From the NCBI GenBank assembly GCA_036496745.1, contig DASXKQ010000250.1:4684-68683 (forward strand): a stretch of DNA of 64,000 nucleotides, written 5' to 3'. How positions within the stretch are numbered: position 1 is the first letter of the stretch; each line of letters starts with the position of its first letter. The position numbers and the translations under genes were made by a program. Shown here piece by piece: positions 1 through 10,046 of this stretch. The notes under the pieces are model-generated. The model searched no databases, was not told the DNA's origin, and saw only the letters and a list, made by a program, of their open reading frames with translations. Origin of the DNA: Polyangiaceae bacterium (lineage in GTDB: Bacteria; Myxococcota_A; Polyangia; Polyangiales; Polyangiaceae).

Positions 1-2613
1 CTCGACCCGCTCAAGCTCCAAGCTTCCGGGCTCACGGCGATCGACGTGCAGCGCGCGCTCGCGCTGCAGAACATCTCGGTGCCTGGAGGCGAGATCGACA
101 CCGGTCCGCAGCGGCTCGCGCTGCGGGTCGAAGGCCGTGTGCCCACGGTCCAGGCGGTGGGACGGATCGTCGTCCGCGAGTTCAAGGACCATGCGACGCG
201 CGTCGAAGACGTGGCGCGCGTGGAGGACGGCACCGAGGACGAAGCATCGTGGGCCTCCGAGGACGGCGCGCAGACCGTCGTGCTCTCGGTCCGTAAGCAG
301 TCCGGCGAAAATACGGTCTCGGTCGCTGACGCCGTACGCGCCCGCATTTCCCAAATCGAGAAGACGATTCCGGGAGTCGAGCTGCGCGTCGTGCGCGACA
401 ATTCGCAGTCGATCCGCACGAGCGTCAACGCCGTGCGTGAGCACTTGGTGCTGGGCGCAGTCTTTGCGGCCTTGGTCGTCTTGCTCTTTCTGGGCAACCT
501 CCGAGGCACGATCATCGCCGCGCTCGCTATTCCCATCTCCATCGTCGGTACGTTCGCGTTGATGTACGTGATCGGCTTCACGTTGAACATCATCACGCTG
601 CTCGCGCTTGCCCTCGCAGTAGGGATCGTGATCGACGACGCCATCGTCGTGCTCGAAAATATCGTGCGATTCATCGAAGAAAAGGGCTACAAGCCCTTCC
701 CCGCGGCGGTGCTCGCCACGCGTGATATCGGCCTCGCGGTGCTGGCAACGACGCTGTCGCTCATGGCCGTCTTTCTGCCGGTTGCCTTCATGAGCGGCAT
801 CGTCGGGCGATTCCTGCAGAGCTTCGGGATTACGATGGCGTTCGCCATCGCGGTCTCCTTGTTCGTGAGCTTCTCACTCACACCGATGCTCGCTGCTCGC
901 TGGCTCCCGGGACCGACAGCACCGGGAGAAGCGCGTAGGAAGAGCGGGCTCGAGCGGCTCGTGGAACGCCTCTATCGTCCGATCGAACACGCCTACTTTA
1001 GCGTGCTCAAATGGGTGATGAAGCGGCGCTGGGTCGTCGTCGTGGCCGCAGCGCTGACGATGGGTTCCTGCGTACCTCTGTCGGGCGCCATTCCCAAAGG
1101 GTTCCAACCCGAAAACGACACGGCCGAGTTCGAAGTGAACGTGCGCGCTCCGGAGGGAACGAGCCTCACGCAGACGCGCCTAATCGGCGAAGGGATCGCG
1201 CGCGAAGTCCGGCACCTGCCGGAGGTAGAACACACCTTGCTCACGATCGGCAACGACGCGCAGCAGACGCAGAACCGGGCGAACATCTACGTAAGGCTCG
1301 TGGACCCGAACGAGCGCAAGGCAAGTCAATTCCAAATCATGGATCGCGTGCGACGAGAGATCGTCGCGGGCGAGCCCAAAGACCTCCGCATCGACGTCTC
1401 CGTCTCTCAGCAGATCAGTACGGGTCAGTCGAGCGCCGCGGTCCAGTACACCATCGCCGGACCTGACTTGAACAAGCTCTCGCGCTACGCGGAACAGATC
1501 GTTACGCGCTTTGGCAAGGTTCGTGGCGCGGTCGACGTCGACTCCAATCTGATCGTCGGCAACCCCGAGCTCCGCGTTTCCGTGAACCGCGAGATTGCGG
1601 CCAACCTGGGTGTGAACGTCGTCGACGTCGCGAGCGCGCTACAGCTACTCGTCGGCGGTCTCAAGATCTCCTCCTTCGAGGAAGGCGGCGAGGACTATGA
1701 TATCCGCGCGCGAGCAGAGAAGACATACCGCGCCGACCTAGCCGGGCTGTCGCTGATGACGGTGCCGTCCAGTAAGGGAGCGCCGGTTCCATTGGCCTCG
1801 GTGGTCACTGTCCGGCGCACGACCGGCCCCTCCCAAGTCAATCGCCTCGCCCGCCAACGACAAGTGACGATCATGGCGAACGTCGCTCCCGGGTTCGGCC
1901 AGAGCACCGTGTCCGACGCGCTAAAAAAGATCATCGACGAACAGCACATGGCAGCTGGCTACTCCGCGAGCCCTGCGGGCTTCACGAAGGAGACGGGCCG
2001 CGTCGTCAGGGGCTTTCTGGTCGCCATCGGGATGAGCGCGATCTTCATGTATCTCGTGCTCGCGGCTCAGTTCGAATCGTGGCTTCACCCGGTCACGATC
2101 ATGTTGTCGCTGCCGCTCACCATCCCGTTCGCGTTGCTGTCGTTGCTCTTGTTTCACCAGGAGCTCTCGATCATGTCGGCGCTCGGCATCATCGTGCTGT
2201 TTGGCGTGGTGAAGAAGAACGCGATCTTGCAGATCGATCACACCAACCACCTGCGTTCGGCGGGGATGCCTCGAGACCAAGCGATCCTCGAGGCGAATCG
2301 GGATCGCCTCCGTCCGATCCTGATGACCACGCTCGCCTTCGTCGCCGGCATGATTCCGCTCCTGCTCTCGCGCGGCATCGGCGCGGGCTTGAACCGAGCG
2401 ATCGCGGGCGTGGTGGTAGGTGGACAGACCTTCTCGCTCGCGCTCACGCTGCTCGCCACCCCGGTCGCCTACTCGCTGTTCGACGACGCCATCGAATGGC
2501 GTGCGCGGCGCAAGAAGCGCGGCGACGAAGACCGGGGAGAACGCGATCTAGAAACGTTGGATTCAACGATGTCCGCGCCGTTGCACGGCGCCCCACCTGC
2601 GGAGCGATCATGA
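1..2613 (+). CDS. RND efflux permease, AcrB/AcrD/AcrF family (5'-partial; frame open from base 1)
   Basis: Proton-relay motifs [21 protein letters not shown] and RLRPILMTT; multiple TM helices; the frame reads [10 protein letters not shown]... from base 1. Confidence 0.95.
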   Translation, partial: LDPLKLQASGLTAIDVQRALALQNISVPGGEIDTGPQRLALRVEGRVPTVQAVGRIVVREFKDHATRVEDVARVEDGTEDEASWASEDGAQTVVLSVRKQSGENTVSVADAVRARISQIEKTIPGVELRVVRDNSQSIRTSVNAVREHLVLGAVFAALVVLLFLGNLRGTIIAALAIPISIVGTFALMYVIGFTLNIITLLALALAVGIVIDDAIVVLENIVRFIEEKGYKPFPAAVLATRDIGLAVLATTLSLMAVFLPVAFMSGIVGRFLQSFGITMAFAIAVSLFVSFSLTPMLAARWLPGPTAPGEARRKSGLERLVERLYRPIEHAYFSVLKWVMKRRWVVVVAAALTMGSCVPLSGAIPKGFQPENDTAEFEVNVRAPEGTSLTQTRLIGEGIAREVRHLPEVEHTLLTIGNDAQQTQNRANIYVRLVDPNERKASQFQIMDRVRREIVAGEPKDLRIDVSVSQQISTGQSSAAVQYTIAGPDLNKLSRYAEQIVTRFGKVRGAVDVDSNLIVGNPELRVSVNREIAANLGVNVVDVASALQLLVGGLKISSFEEGGEDYDIRARAEKTYRADLAGLSLMTVPSSKGAPVPLASVVTVRRTTGPSQVNRLARQRQVTIMANVAPGFGQSTVSDALKKIIDEQHMAAGYSASPAGFTKETGRVVRGFLVAIGMSAIFMYLVLAAQFESWLHPVTIMLSLPLTIPFALLSLLLFHQELSIMSALGIIVLFGVVKKNAILQIDHTNHLRSAGMPRDQAILEANRDRLRPILMTTLAFVAGMIPLLLSRGIGAGLNRAIAGVVVGGQTFSLALTLLATPVAYSLFDDAIEWRARRKKRGDEDRGERDLETLDSTMSAPLHGAPPAERS

Positions 2614-3347
2614 ACAAAGTAGAGCTCGAGACGCGCGATGGCATGTGCCCGAGCCATGTGTTTCGTCCGGGCAACGCTGGCCCCTGGCCGGCGGTACTTG
2701 CATTCATGGACGGCCTCGGCATTCGCCCGGCGATGCTCGAGATCGGCGAGCGGCTCGCGTCGTACGGCTACTTCGTGCTCATGCCAGATCTCTTCTATCG
2801 GTCGGGTCCGTACGAACCAATGGATGCGCACACGACCTTCACGGATCCGGACAAGCGTAAGGTGCTGCTGGAGAAGTTCCTCGCACACGCGACCCAGGCG
2901 AACACCATGTCCGACACCCGCGCGTTCCTCGACTATCTCGAGGCGCAGCCCGACGTGAAGCCCGGGGGCGTCGGTACCACCGGCTACTGCATGGGTGGTC
3001 TGATGTCGCTCACCGCGGCGGGGACCTACCCGGGACGTGTCATCGCGGCAGCCTCCTATCACGGCGGTCGCCTCGCGACCGACGCGCCGGAAAGCCCCCA
3101 CCGCCTCGCGCACGAGATGAAGGCGCGTATCTACATCGCCGGCGCGATCGAAGATCAATCCTTCCCCGACGAGATGAAGGCCCGGCTCGAGCTGGCTCTA
3201 ACAGAGGCTGGGGTCGACCACACGATCGAGACTTATCCCGCAAAGCACGGCTGGGTACTGCGCGACACGCCCGTGTACGACGAGGCCTGCGCCGAGCGTC
3301 ACTGGCAGACGATGATCTCTCTATTCGACGCGAAGCTGAAGGCTTGA
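2610..3347 (+). CDS. Dienelactone hydrolase family protein
   Basis: Start [11 protein letters not shown] overlaps the RND stop (ATGA). Nucleophile motif GYCMGG, SYHGG, and C-terminal YPAKHGW. Confidence 0.9.
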   Translation: MNKVELETRDGMCPSHVFRPGNAGPWPAVLAFMDGLGIRPAMLEIGERLASYGYFVLMPDLFYRSGPYEPMDAHTTFTDPDKRKVLLEKFLAHATQANTMSDTRAFLDYLEAQPDVKPGGVGTTGYCMGGLMSLTAAGTYPGRVIAAASYHGGRLATDAPESPHRLAHEMKARIYIAGAIEDQSFPDEMKARLELALTEAGVDHTIETYPAKHGWVLRDTPVYDEACAERHWQTMISLFDAKLKA

Positions 3348-3387
3348 CCTACGGGTCATTTTTTATGTTCATGGCGAAGGATCAACA

Positions 3388-4257
3388 GTGAATGCTCTAG
3401 ACTCCTACGCGGCGACTGCGCGCGCGTATGGCGAGCTCTCGCACCATGAAGAGGCAGTACTCGTTCACCGGTGGCGTGAGCATCAGGATCGCGCAGCGCG
3501 CGAGCGTCTGATCGGCGCTCATCTTCGCTACGTGCTTGCGTTGGCGTCCAGATACCGAGGCTATGGCGTTGCAATCGGCGAGCTGGTCGCCGAGGGTAGC
3601 TTCGGGTTGGTGCACGCGCTCGGGAAATTCGACCCCGATCGCGGCGTCCGGTTCGTGGGCTACGCCCGTTATTGGATTCGGGCGTATATGCTTCACTACG
3701 TTCTTCATTCTTGGACCATGGTCGGCGGAGGCTCTGGCGCACTACGCTCGAAGACGTTCTTCAAGCTGCGTCGCGCGCGTGTCCGCATTGCCAATCAGGT
3801 GGGTGACGGAGCACACGCGGACGAGTTGGTCGCAAGGGCGCTCGACATCTCGGTTTCCTCCCTGCGGTCCATGGAGTGGAGCCTGGCAGCTCGCGACGCT
3901 TCGTTGGATTCAGAGGTCTACGCGAATTCGCCAACTACTCTCGGAGAGACGCTACCCGCGGAGGGTCCGACTCAAGAGGATCGGTTGGCGAGTGCGGAGC
4001 TTGAGCGCTTGGCGCACGCGGCTGTTTTCACGGCGCTCCCGTCTCTGGATCGACGCGAACGCTACATCGTCGAAAACCGGCTGCTGGTCGTCGATGAGGA
4101 CGAGCTCTCGCTTGCGGAAATTGCCCGCAGGCTCGGCGTGTCGCGCGAGCGCGCGAGGCAGCTCGAAGCCCGAGCCAAAAAGAAGCTCAAGAAGCAGATC
4201 GTCGAGTCTGCTTACGGTGCTCGATTGCACGAATATTCTCTGTCGGGTGACAGATAA
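3388..4257 (+). CDS. RpoH/sigma-32-like RNA polymerase sigma factor (paralog 1)
   Basis: HLRYVLALASRYRGYG, ELVAEG..GL..A..KFDPDRGVRF..YA.YWIRA (region 2); FFKLRR (RpoH-box-like); LSLAEIARRLGVSRERARQLEARA (region 4.2). Confidence 0.9.
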   Translation: MNALDSYAATARAYGELSHHEEAVLVHRWREHQDRAARERLIGAHLRYVLALASRYRGYGVAIGELVAEGSFGLVHALGKFDPDRGVRFVGYARYWIRAYMLHYVLHSWTMVGGGSGALRSKTFFKLRRARVRIANQVGDGAHADELVARALDISVSSLRSMEWSLAARDASLDSEVYANSPTTLGETLPAEGPTQEDRLASAELERLAHAAVFTALPSLDRRERYIVENRLLVVDEDELSLAEIARRLGVSRERARQLEARAKKKLKKQIVESAYGARLHEYSLSGDR

Positions 4258-4294
4258 GAATCACCAAAGGAGGCGCAGAACCAGCAAACCAAGC

Positions 4295-4690
4295 TCAGGG
4301 AGCAAGGCAGAACACCGCCGTCGCGACGACGGCGATCGCGAGCCCTCTGAGCACGACTCGACGGGCCTGAGCTCTCACTTGACGGAGCTCGTTCGGATCG
4401 TCGATCGACTCCTCTCCGTTATCCATATTTCGGAGACCACGGCGCGCAAGCGCCACGCATGTCTTCTCCCGAACTTGCAACAGGCTCGTCCCCGCTGCCC
4501 AGAGCGGCAAGAAGGCGGTCACCCTCCAGGGTCGAGCAGCATGCGCTAGCAGTAAGGCCCCCGCCAGGAGCACCGCGATCGCCACGGCCGCGAGTCCGAA
4601 GTACATGCGCTCGGCGCGCTCATCTGGACCGATGTTTGCGACGCACACGCTCGCGCCGGATGGCTTTGTCTCACTCTGGCTCTGTTCCAT
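4295..4690 (-). CDS. Small integral membrane protein (NIG..ER...TCV type), function unknown
   Basis: 131-aa ORF with three hydrophobic stretches; NIGPDER and LQVREKTCV motifs. Confidence 0.65.
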   Translation of the reverse strand: MEQSQSETKPSGASVCVANIGPDERAERMYFGLAAVAIAVLLAGALLLAHAARPWRVTAFLPLWAAGTSLLQVREKTCVALARRGLRNMDNGEESIDDPNELRQVRAQARRVVLRGLAIAVVATAVFCLAP

Positions 4691-4875
4691 CCTATCTCCA
4701 TTGAGTCGGGCTCGACATTGCGCAACCCCAGCCTAACCGCTCGGAACAGACGCAGCCGGGGGAAGATCAGTCACTGTCCGAGCCAGCGTGCGGTCAGGCA
4801 CGCTGAAACCCTGACGCGATGAACTTCGCGCGAGCGTTGGGTGCAGAAAATGTGCGCGTGGCGCTTTGATCGGCC

Positions 4876-5784
4876 TCAGTCTTCCCTGCCGATGCTGATC
4901 GTGCAGGCGCCACTGTCGCCGAAGTTCAGCACTGCGGGGAATGAGCTCAAGTAGATATAGTCTTCGAGCGTCTGCGCTGCGGCGCTGCTCCCGCTCGCAG
5001 GGTAGCCACCCGTACTCGCGAGACTCGCAAGTGGAACCGCGGCGAGCTCGTCAAGGCTAACATCTCCGTCGTCATTGCCTGAGACGCTGTCGGCGGCCGC
5101 GATTGGATCGAAGCGGAGCTTTGCGAGCGACAGGTCGGTGTTGTCCTGAAACAGAGCTTCTCCGCGGACCACGAGGTTCAGGGTCGATGCGGCGTTTTCA
5201 GCCAGCAACACACCATGCATGGAGCTCGGATCCGCGCTTTGTCGACAGTCGCGGAAGCGGAGCTGCTGACGGAAAGCCCAGGAAAAGGTCTTGGTTGCTC
5301 CGGCCCGATCCGCATGACCTTGCACGAAGATGCTAGTGCCGCTCGGCCCGGCGTACTTGTCGGTGCCCGCCGTGCGCATGAACACGACGTCGCTCGTGCT
5401 GACCCCGCTTCCAGAAAGCGAGTCGTCTGCCGGGTTCACGAGCCCGAAGCCGAAATCACATTGCCCGAGCGCGAACGACTCGTTGACCTTCTGCGGCCCT
5501 GCCGTACTCATGTCGAGGACGCGGCTGTAGCTGGCTTCCGAATAGGTGGAGCAATTGGAGCCATCGAGTGAAACGTCCCCGATGCAGATCAGCAAACGAT
5601 CGTATGAAATCGACCAGCCGTCTTCCGTTGCTGAACTGGCGATGCCGTTCAGCACAGCGTCGCTCGCGCTCGCCGTCACCAGCAGGCTTTCCGGCGGCGG
5701 CCGTGTATCCTTGGGCAGGCAACCGACGACCGCGATACTCGAAAATATCAGGCACCAACAGAAGCGTTCGAGAAGGACTTTCAT
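4876..5784 (-). CDS. Cys-rich putative lipoprotein encoded downstream of the TonB-dependent receptor
   Basis: ATG at 5784 lies 2 nt after the receptor stop. Lipobox-like AVVGC; EF-hand-like segment GNDDGDVSLDE. Confidence 0.75.
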   Translation of the reverse strand: MKVLLERFCWCLIFSSIAVVGCLPKDTRPPPESLLVTASASDAVLNGIASSATEDGWSISYDRLLICIGDVSLDGSNCSTYSEASYSRVLDMSTAGPQKVNESFALGQCDFGFGLVNPADDSLSGSGVSTSDVVFMRTAGTDKYAGPSGTSIFVQGHADRAGATKTFSWAFRQQLRFRDCRQSADPSSMHGVLLAENAASTLNLVVRGEALFQDNTDLSLAKLRFDPIAAADSVSGNDDGDVSLDELAAVPLASLASTGGYPASGSSAAAQTLEDYIYLSSFPAVLNFGDSGACTISIGRED

Positions 5785-5786
5785 GA

Positions 5787-8063
5787 TTAGAACCCTGCCT
5801 CTACGCCGACACTGGGGATTGTGACGGGACCGATCGTGGAATTGCCAACAGTCTCTTTGCTCAAAGTCACGTTCATGACTTCGAGCACGAATGAGATCCA
5901 CGCTTTCTGGGTGAGCTGCCAGCGTTTCTCCAACCGAACGTCTACGCGGTAGAACGTCGGCTGTCGGTCGGGGTGACTTTGCGGTACGACAATCACGTTG
6001 TCCGCAGGCGGGCTCTTCGGCACCCCGGTGTAAAAGACCAAGCGTGAACCCGCTCGCCAGCGACGCCCCAGGTCATAGGCGAGAGCCGCGCTTGCCACGT
6101 GCGTTCGATCGAACGAGCTGGGGAATGTGTAACCGTCGATGGACCTCGTCGAGCGCGACAGCGTGTACGAAAGATAGCCGCCTAGCTTCTTCGTCAACCG
6201 CCGCCGAACGAAGAGTTCGAACCCGAACGCTTGACCTCTGCTGCGCTGGTCTAGTGGGTTGTCTACGCCAGCTGGCACAAGACTCAGCGCATCGGTCATG
6301 TTGAAGAAGGCGTTGTGGAACAATGTTGCCGTCGCCGTTATGTCGCTCGGTAAGTCAGCCTCGACACCGGCGCTGGTCTGGAAGGTGCTCTGCAACCCGC
6401 CCTGCAACTTGCCGGGCGTCAGCCCCGGGATGGGAACCACGAACGATGGCGGCTGGTGCGCCAGCCCATAGGCGTGAATGATGCGCACTTTTTTCGAGCT
6501 CTTGAAGCGCGCCGAAATCCGCGGATCGAGCGAAAGCGCGTTTGCGCCCCCGGAGCCATAGAGGTCCAGTCGCAGACCGGGTGTAACCTCTACCTCGGGG
6601 GTCGGATTCCACACGACATCGCTCCACGCGCCGACCGCGAGATCGGTGCGCGGTGGGAACAGATTGTTGAAGCGAATAGTCTCGGGATCCTCCGGGTCAG
6701 AGTAGGTGCGCGAGTCCGCCGTGTAGCCGTCGATGGTCGCGTCCGCTCCCGAGCGCAATAGAAGCTGTGAGCTCAGCTCATGATGAAACTCGGAACGAAC
6801 GCTGATCATCCGGTCCTGAGAGTTTCTCTGATCGCCGACCCGAGTTTGATCGTAGCCGAGTGTGACGTCGGTGCGGAGCGTGCTCGATTCTCCAAATCGG
6901 TGCTCGTAGCGGGCGTCCGCACGATAGAATTCGGAACCGAAAAGGACTGTGAGGATGTTGTTCTTGGTCTGGCCCACTAGGTCATAAGAGCCGAAGCTGA
7001 AAACGCTGACCCGATCGCGTGGCGTGATGTCGTAGCTGACCCTGGCTTGGTAGTCGTGGTAGGCGAGGTTGGTGGTGGGCGAGATCAGCGACACCAGAGC
7101 AGCTGTGTACGAATAGCGGCCGCCCAAGAGGACTGTGCCCTTGCCGTTGGCGAAGCCCGTCTCAGCCATGGCGCCCGCGTCGATGAGGCGAACATTCGCT
7201 TCGCCGTGAGTGTCTGTCCGTGGCTGCGTCACTTCACCTGAAACGATGCCGCCTGCGAATCGCCCGAACTGCGCTGGGTATCCGCCGGGATAAAGATCGA
7301 CGCGTTCGACCATCCCAGGGTGAACGATCGAAGGACCCAAGCCGACGTGATAGAGGTATGGGACGCGAACGCCATCCAGGAAGTAGCCAACGTTGCCGGG
7401 AGGCGCTCCGCGGATATAGAAAAACGGCAACCCAGACACGATGGGCGTGACGCCTGGAAGCGCTTCGATAGCGCGGAACGGGTCACCGAAAGCGCCGGGG
7501 AGCTGTCGCACTTCTGCGCGCGTGAACGACGAAACTGCCGGAGCGAGCCGAGCGCCTCGAACGTTGATCTCCACTGGCACGTCGGGGGCTTTGTTGATGA
7601 GCGTAGCGGGTTGGGTCGCTGACGGCGGCGCGGCGTTCTGTCCCGGCTCTGGCTCTGGAGGTGGCTCGGGTTCTGGTTTGGGCGCAACGAAGCGAACTTC
7701 AAAATGAATAACGGATGCGACTGGTTGATTGCGTCGCATTGCCGGATCAAAGCGCCATTGGAGTGCCGCGTGCTCGGCCGATGTGGAGAAGGGCTCGTCC
7801 ACCTGCAGGGCGTGGGCCGACCGCACCGTGCCATCCGCATTGATGGTGAGCGTGAGGACGACGACGGAGTCGCCCGTGGCGCCAGACGGGTAAGGCACGT
7901 CGGCCGATGAGGTCAGAGTCGGGGGCACGAGTGTGACGGAAGATGCGTTGTCGCTGGCCCGCGCCGGGGGTTCTTGGGCGCCGGCAATGGACCCGAAGGT
8001 CGCGATGGCGAACATCAGCGCCATTGACTGCCTCGCGAGCGAGGAACTTTGTTGATTGGACAT
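5787..8063 (-). CDS. TonB-dependent receptor with an N-terminal TonB_C domain
   Basis: Signal peptide (..GSIAGA), then a TonB_C-like domain (VPYP..VVVLTLTINADGTV..WRFDPA), Pro-rich linker, plug (QLPGAFGDPFRAIEALPGV..YIRG..YFLDG), barrel (TPGLRLD, DPRISARF) and terminal Phe. Confidence 0.9.
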   Translation of the reverse strand: MSNQQSSSLARQSMALMFAIATFGSIAGAQEPPARASDNASSVTLVPPTLTSSADVPYPSGATGDSVVVLTLTINADGTVRSAHALQVDEPFSTSAEHAALQWRFDPAMRRNQPVASVIHFEVRFVAPKPEPEPPPEPEPGQNAAPPSATQPATLINKAPDVPVEINVRGARLAPAVSSFTRAEVRQLPGAFGDPFRAIEALPGVTPIVSGLPFFYIRGAPPGNVGYFLDGVRVPYLYHVGLGPSIVHPGMVERVDLYPGGYPAQFGRFAGGIVSGEVTQPRTDTHGEANVRLIDAGAMAETGFANGKGTVLLGGRYSYTAALVSLISPTTNLAYHDYQARVSYDITPRDRVSVFSFGSYDLVGQTKNNILTVLFGSEFYRADARYEHRFGESSTLRTDVTLGYDQTRVGDQRNSQDRMISVRSEFHHELSSQLLLRSGADATIDGYTADSRTYSDPEDPETIRFNNLFPPRTDLAVGAWSDVVWNPTPEVEVTPGLRLDLYGSGGANALSLDPRISARFKSSKKVRIIHAYGLAHQPPSFVVPIPGLTPGKLQGGLQSTFQTSAGVEADLPSDITATATLFHNAFFNMTDALSLVPAGVDNPLDQRSRGQAFGFELFVRRRLTKKLGGYLSYTLSRSTRSIDGYTFPSSFDRTHVASAALAYDLGRRWRAGSRLVFYTGVPKSPPADNVIVVPQSHPDRQPTFYRVDVRLEKRWQLTQKAWISFVLEVMNVTLSKETVGNSTIGPVTIPSVGVEAGF

Positions 8064-8071
8064 GGCGGAAT

Positions 8072-8875
8072 TCAGCGGTCGAAATGCACATTCACGACGG
8101 TCGAGCCCGATGTTGGCATCCCGTCGTGATCCAGAGCTGGGTTCCAGCGCCTCTCGAGCGCACAGACCCGAGCCTGGCGAGCGAACCCGCTGCCAGGGTC
8201 TCGGACTACAACGATCTTCGTGGCGGTACCGGATACGTCGACGTTCACCTGGATCGTCACCACCGCGTGGTCGCGCTCCTCGGTGTCCGCCTCTGATGGG
8301 AAGGGACACTGCCACTCTGTGTTTCCGGCTACCCCAGGAGGTCGCGATCGATCGGGTCCGTGGTCAGGTCCTCCGGGCGGCAGCGAGGGGTTCCCATGTG
8401 GCGAGCCGCCAGCGAGTGGCCCCGTATGCGCCGCCCGAGTGTTGGTGCCCGCAGCGCTGGTCGATCCCCCAATGTAGCTCGTCGCGGTGCCGGTGACGAA
8501 TCCGTCAGTTAAGTCTACCGGTTCATTTGGATCCGGTACTTTGGTGAGGACGGCAGCCGCTTGCGCCGGTGGCGGGCTGCGCTCGCCCCTCGCAACTGCC
8601 TTGCTGGTTTTGGGCTCGGGTGCTTCCTCCGGCTTCGGCTGTTCAGGGGTGGGTGGCGGCTGTTCGGGCTTCGGAAGATCGATGTCGACGACCTCAGTCA
8701 CATCATCGATCTCGGACGCGCGCTGCTCGCTCGCGATGTTGCGTACACTCCAGGCGAGGGCAACGTGAAGGCTTGCAGCCAGCGCAACGCCCGCGCCGGC
8801 CCACTTGCGATCCTTCGCGTTCGCGCGGATCAGCACCGTGAGCGAATCGCCGCTCGGTTGGCTCGCCGCAAGCAT
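8072..8875 (-). CDS. tonB: Energy transducer TonB
   Basis: N-terminal TM with S-x-x-x-H-like AASLHVAL, Pro/Glu-rich spacer (PKPEQPPPTPEQPKPE), C-terminal TonB_C (CPFPSEA..VTIQVNVDVSG..WNPA). Confidence 0.88.
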   Translation of the reverse strand: MLAASQPSGDSLTVLIRANAKDRKWAGAGVALAASLHVALAWSVRNIASEQRASEIDDVTEVVDIDLPKPEQPPPTPEQPKPEEAPEPKTSKAVARGERSPPPAQAAAVLTKVPDPNEPVDLTDGFVTGTATSYIGGSTSAAGTNTRAAHTGPLAGGSPHGNPSLPPGGPDHGPDRSRPPGVAGNTEWQCPFPSEADTEERDHAVVTIQVNVDVSGTATKIVVVRDPGSGFARQARVCALERRWNPALDHDGMPTSGSTVVNVHFDR

Positions 8876-8877
8876 CG

Positions 8878-9321
8878 TTACTGAGGGCCCAATGCTCTCG
8901 CGGGCGTCGCGTCGGTAGGCACGACACCGAATCCGATTTTCGTGAGGCCCGCACGCCTCAGCAGATCGAGGACGTGCATGACCCGGCCATGCGGCACCGC
9001 GTTGTCGGCCTTGATCACGGCACGTAGGTCCGCATATTTGCTTGCTTCGCCTTGAGCGATCTCGAGTGCCGCATCGTCCGAAGGAAGCCAACGGCCGTTG
9101 GCTTGCGTCTTGCCGTCCGCGAACAGAACGATGCTGAATATCTCTTGCACGTCCTTGCCCGACATCGCCTTCGGAGGCTCGATGTTCATCGCTTTCGGCG
9201 ACACGATGAGTTTCGCTGTTACCATGAAAATAATCAGCAGTACGAGCGTGATGTCGACCAGCGGGGTGACGTTGATCCCAGTGATTGCCGAGCTGGGGGC
9301 GCGCCGAGTATCTCCAGCCAT
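8878..9321 (-). CDS. exbD: ExbD/TolR biopolymer transport protein
   Basis: INVTPLVDITLVLLIIFMVT and VIKADNAVPHGRVMHVLDLL..AG..KIG. Confidence 0.95.
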   Translation of the reverse strand: MAGDTRRAPSSAITGINVTPLVDITLVLLIIFMVTAKLIVSPKAMNIEPPKAMSGKDVQEIFSIVLFADGKTQANGRWLPSDDAALEIAQGEASKYADLRAVIKADNAVPHGRVMHVLDLLRRAGLTKIGFGVVPTDATPARALGPQ

Positions 9322-10046
9322 CACGCGCTCTCGCCGGCGGCCAGAGCAGGTACAATCGGTCGAACTGCGTTCTCGCCGGGCGCGGGCGCCGATTCAGGAC
9401 CAAGCGGGATGTGGGTGAGCACTACATGCCCGAGCGTATCCGCGTTGGCGACAACTGCTGCGACGAGCCCCTGAAAGTAGTTGAATACTGCCACCGCCGG
9501 AATTGCGACTAGGATGCCCACGGCCGTTGCGACCAACGCTTCCGCGATGGTGCTCATCACTCGCTCCGGCGCGAGGCCGGCTGCCGCGGCGGTTGCCGTG
9601 GCCACGCTCGGCGCAGAACCAAGAGCCTGAAACGCACCGACCACTCCGATCACCGTGCCGAGCAAACCGATAAATGGCGCGTTGTTCCCCAACGTGCCGA
9701 GGAACATGAGGTGTCGCTCGAGTCGTCCGCGCTCGAGCCCCGTCGCAGCCGCCATCGCCTCGGCTGCCGGTCGCGGTCCGCGAGCCCATTGCTCCAGGCC
9801 GGCGAGTGCAACCGCCGCCTCCACGCTTCGCGATCGAGCGAGGCGAGCACGGGCCCCTTCCAGATCGCGGGCGGCCAAGAGACGATGCAGATCAGCCAAT
9901 AAGGCCGCGATGTCGTCTCGTCGCGATAGAAAGAGACGTCCGCGCTCGATCATGATCCCGATCGAAACGATGCTGAGCCCGAACAAGAGCCACAACACCC
10001 ACGCTGCACCAGCGTTGACCATCACATCTTTGAGCCGTTCAACCAT
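9321..10046 (-). CDS. exbB: ExbB/TolQ/MotA proton channel protein
   Basis: LGTLGNNAPFIGLLGTVIGV and IAEALVATAVGILVAIPA. Start MVERLKD at 10046. Confidence 0.95.
   Translation of the reverse strand: MVERLKDVMVNAGAAWVLWLLFGLSIVSIGIMIERGRLFLSRRDDIAALLADLHRLLAARDLEGARARLARSRSVEAAVALAGLEQWARGPRPAAEAMAAATGLERGRLERHLMFLGTLGNNAPFIGLLGTVIGVVGAFQALGSAPSVATATAAAAGLAPERVMSTIAEALVATAVGILVAIPAVAVFNYFQGLVAAVVANADTLGHVVLTHIPLGPESAPAPGENAVRPIVPALAAGESA

Noticed and set aside
2079-2609. N-terminal extensions given by the ORF track (e.g. 2079 for the hydrolase, 9403 for TonB, 8315 for the TBDR, 46683 for the UPF0104 gene)
   Set aside because: They overlap upstream genes out of frame. Downstream starts with overlap coupling or signal peptides fit better.
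8590-8680. Repetitive DNA in tonB and the TBDR linker
   Set aside because: It encodes normal Pro/Glu/Lys-rich periplasmic spacers and is not an independent repeat element.
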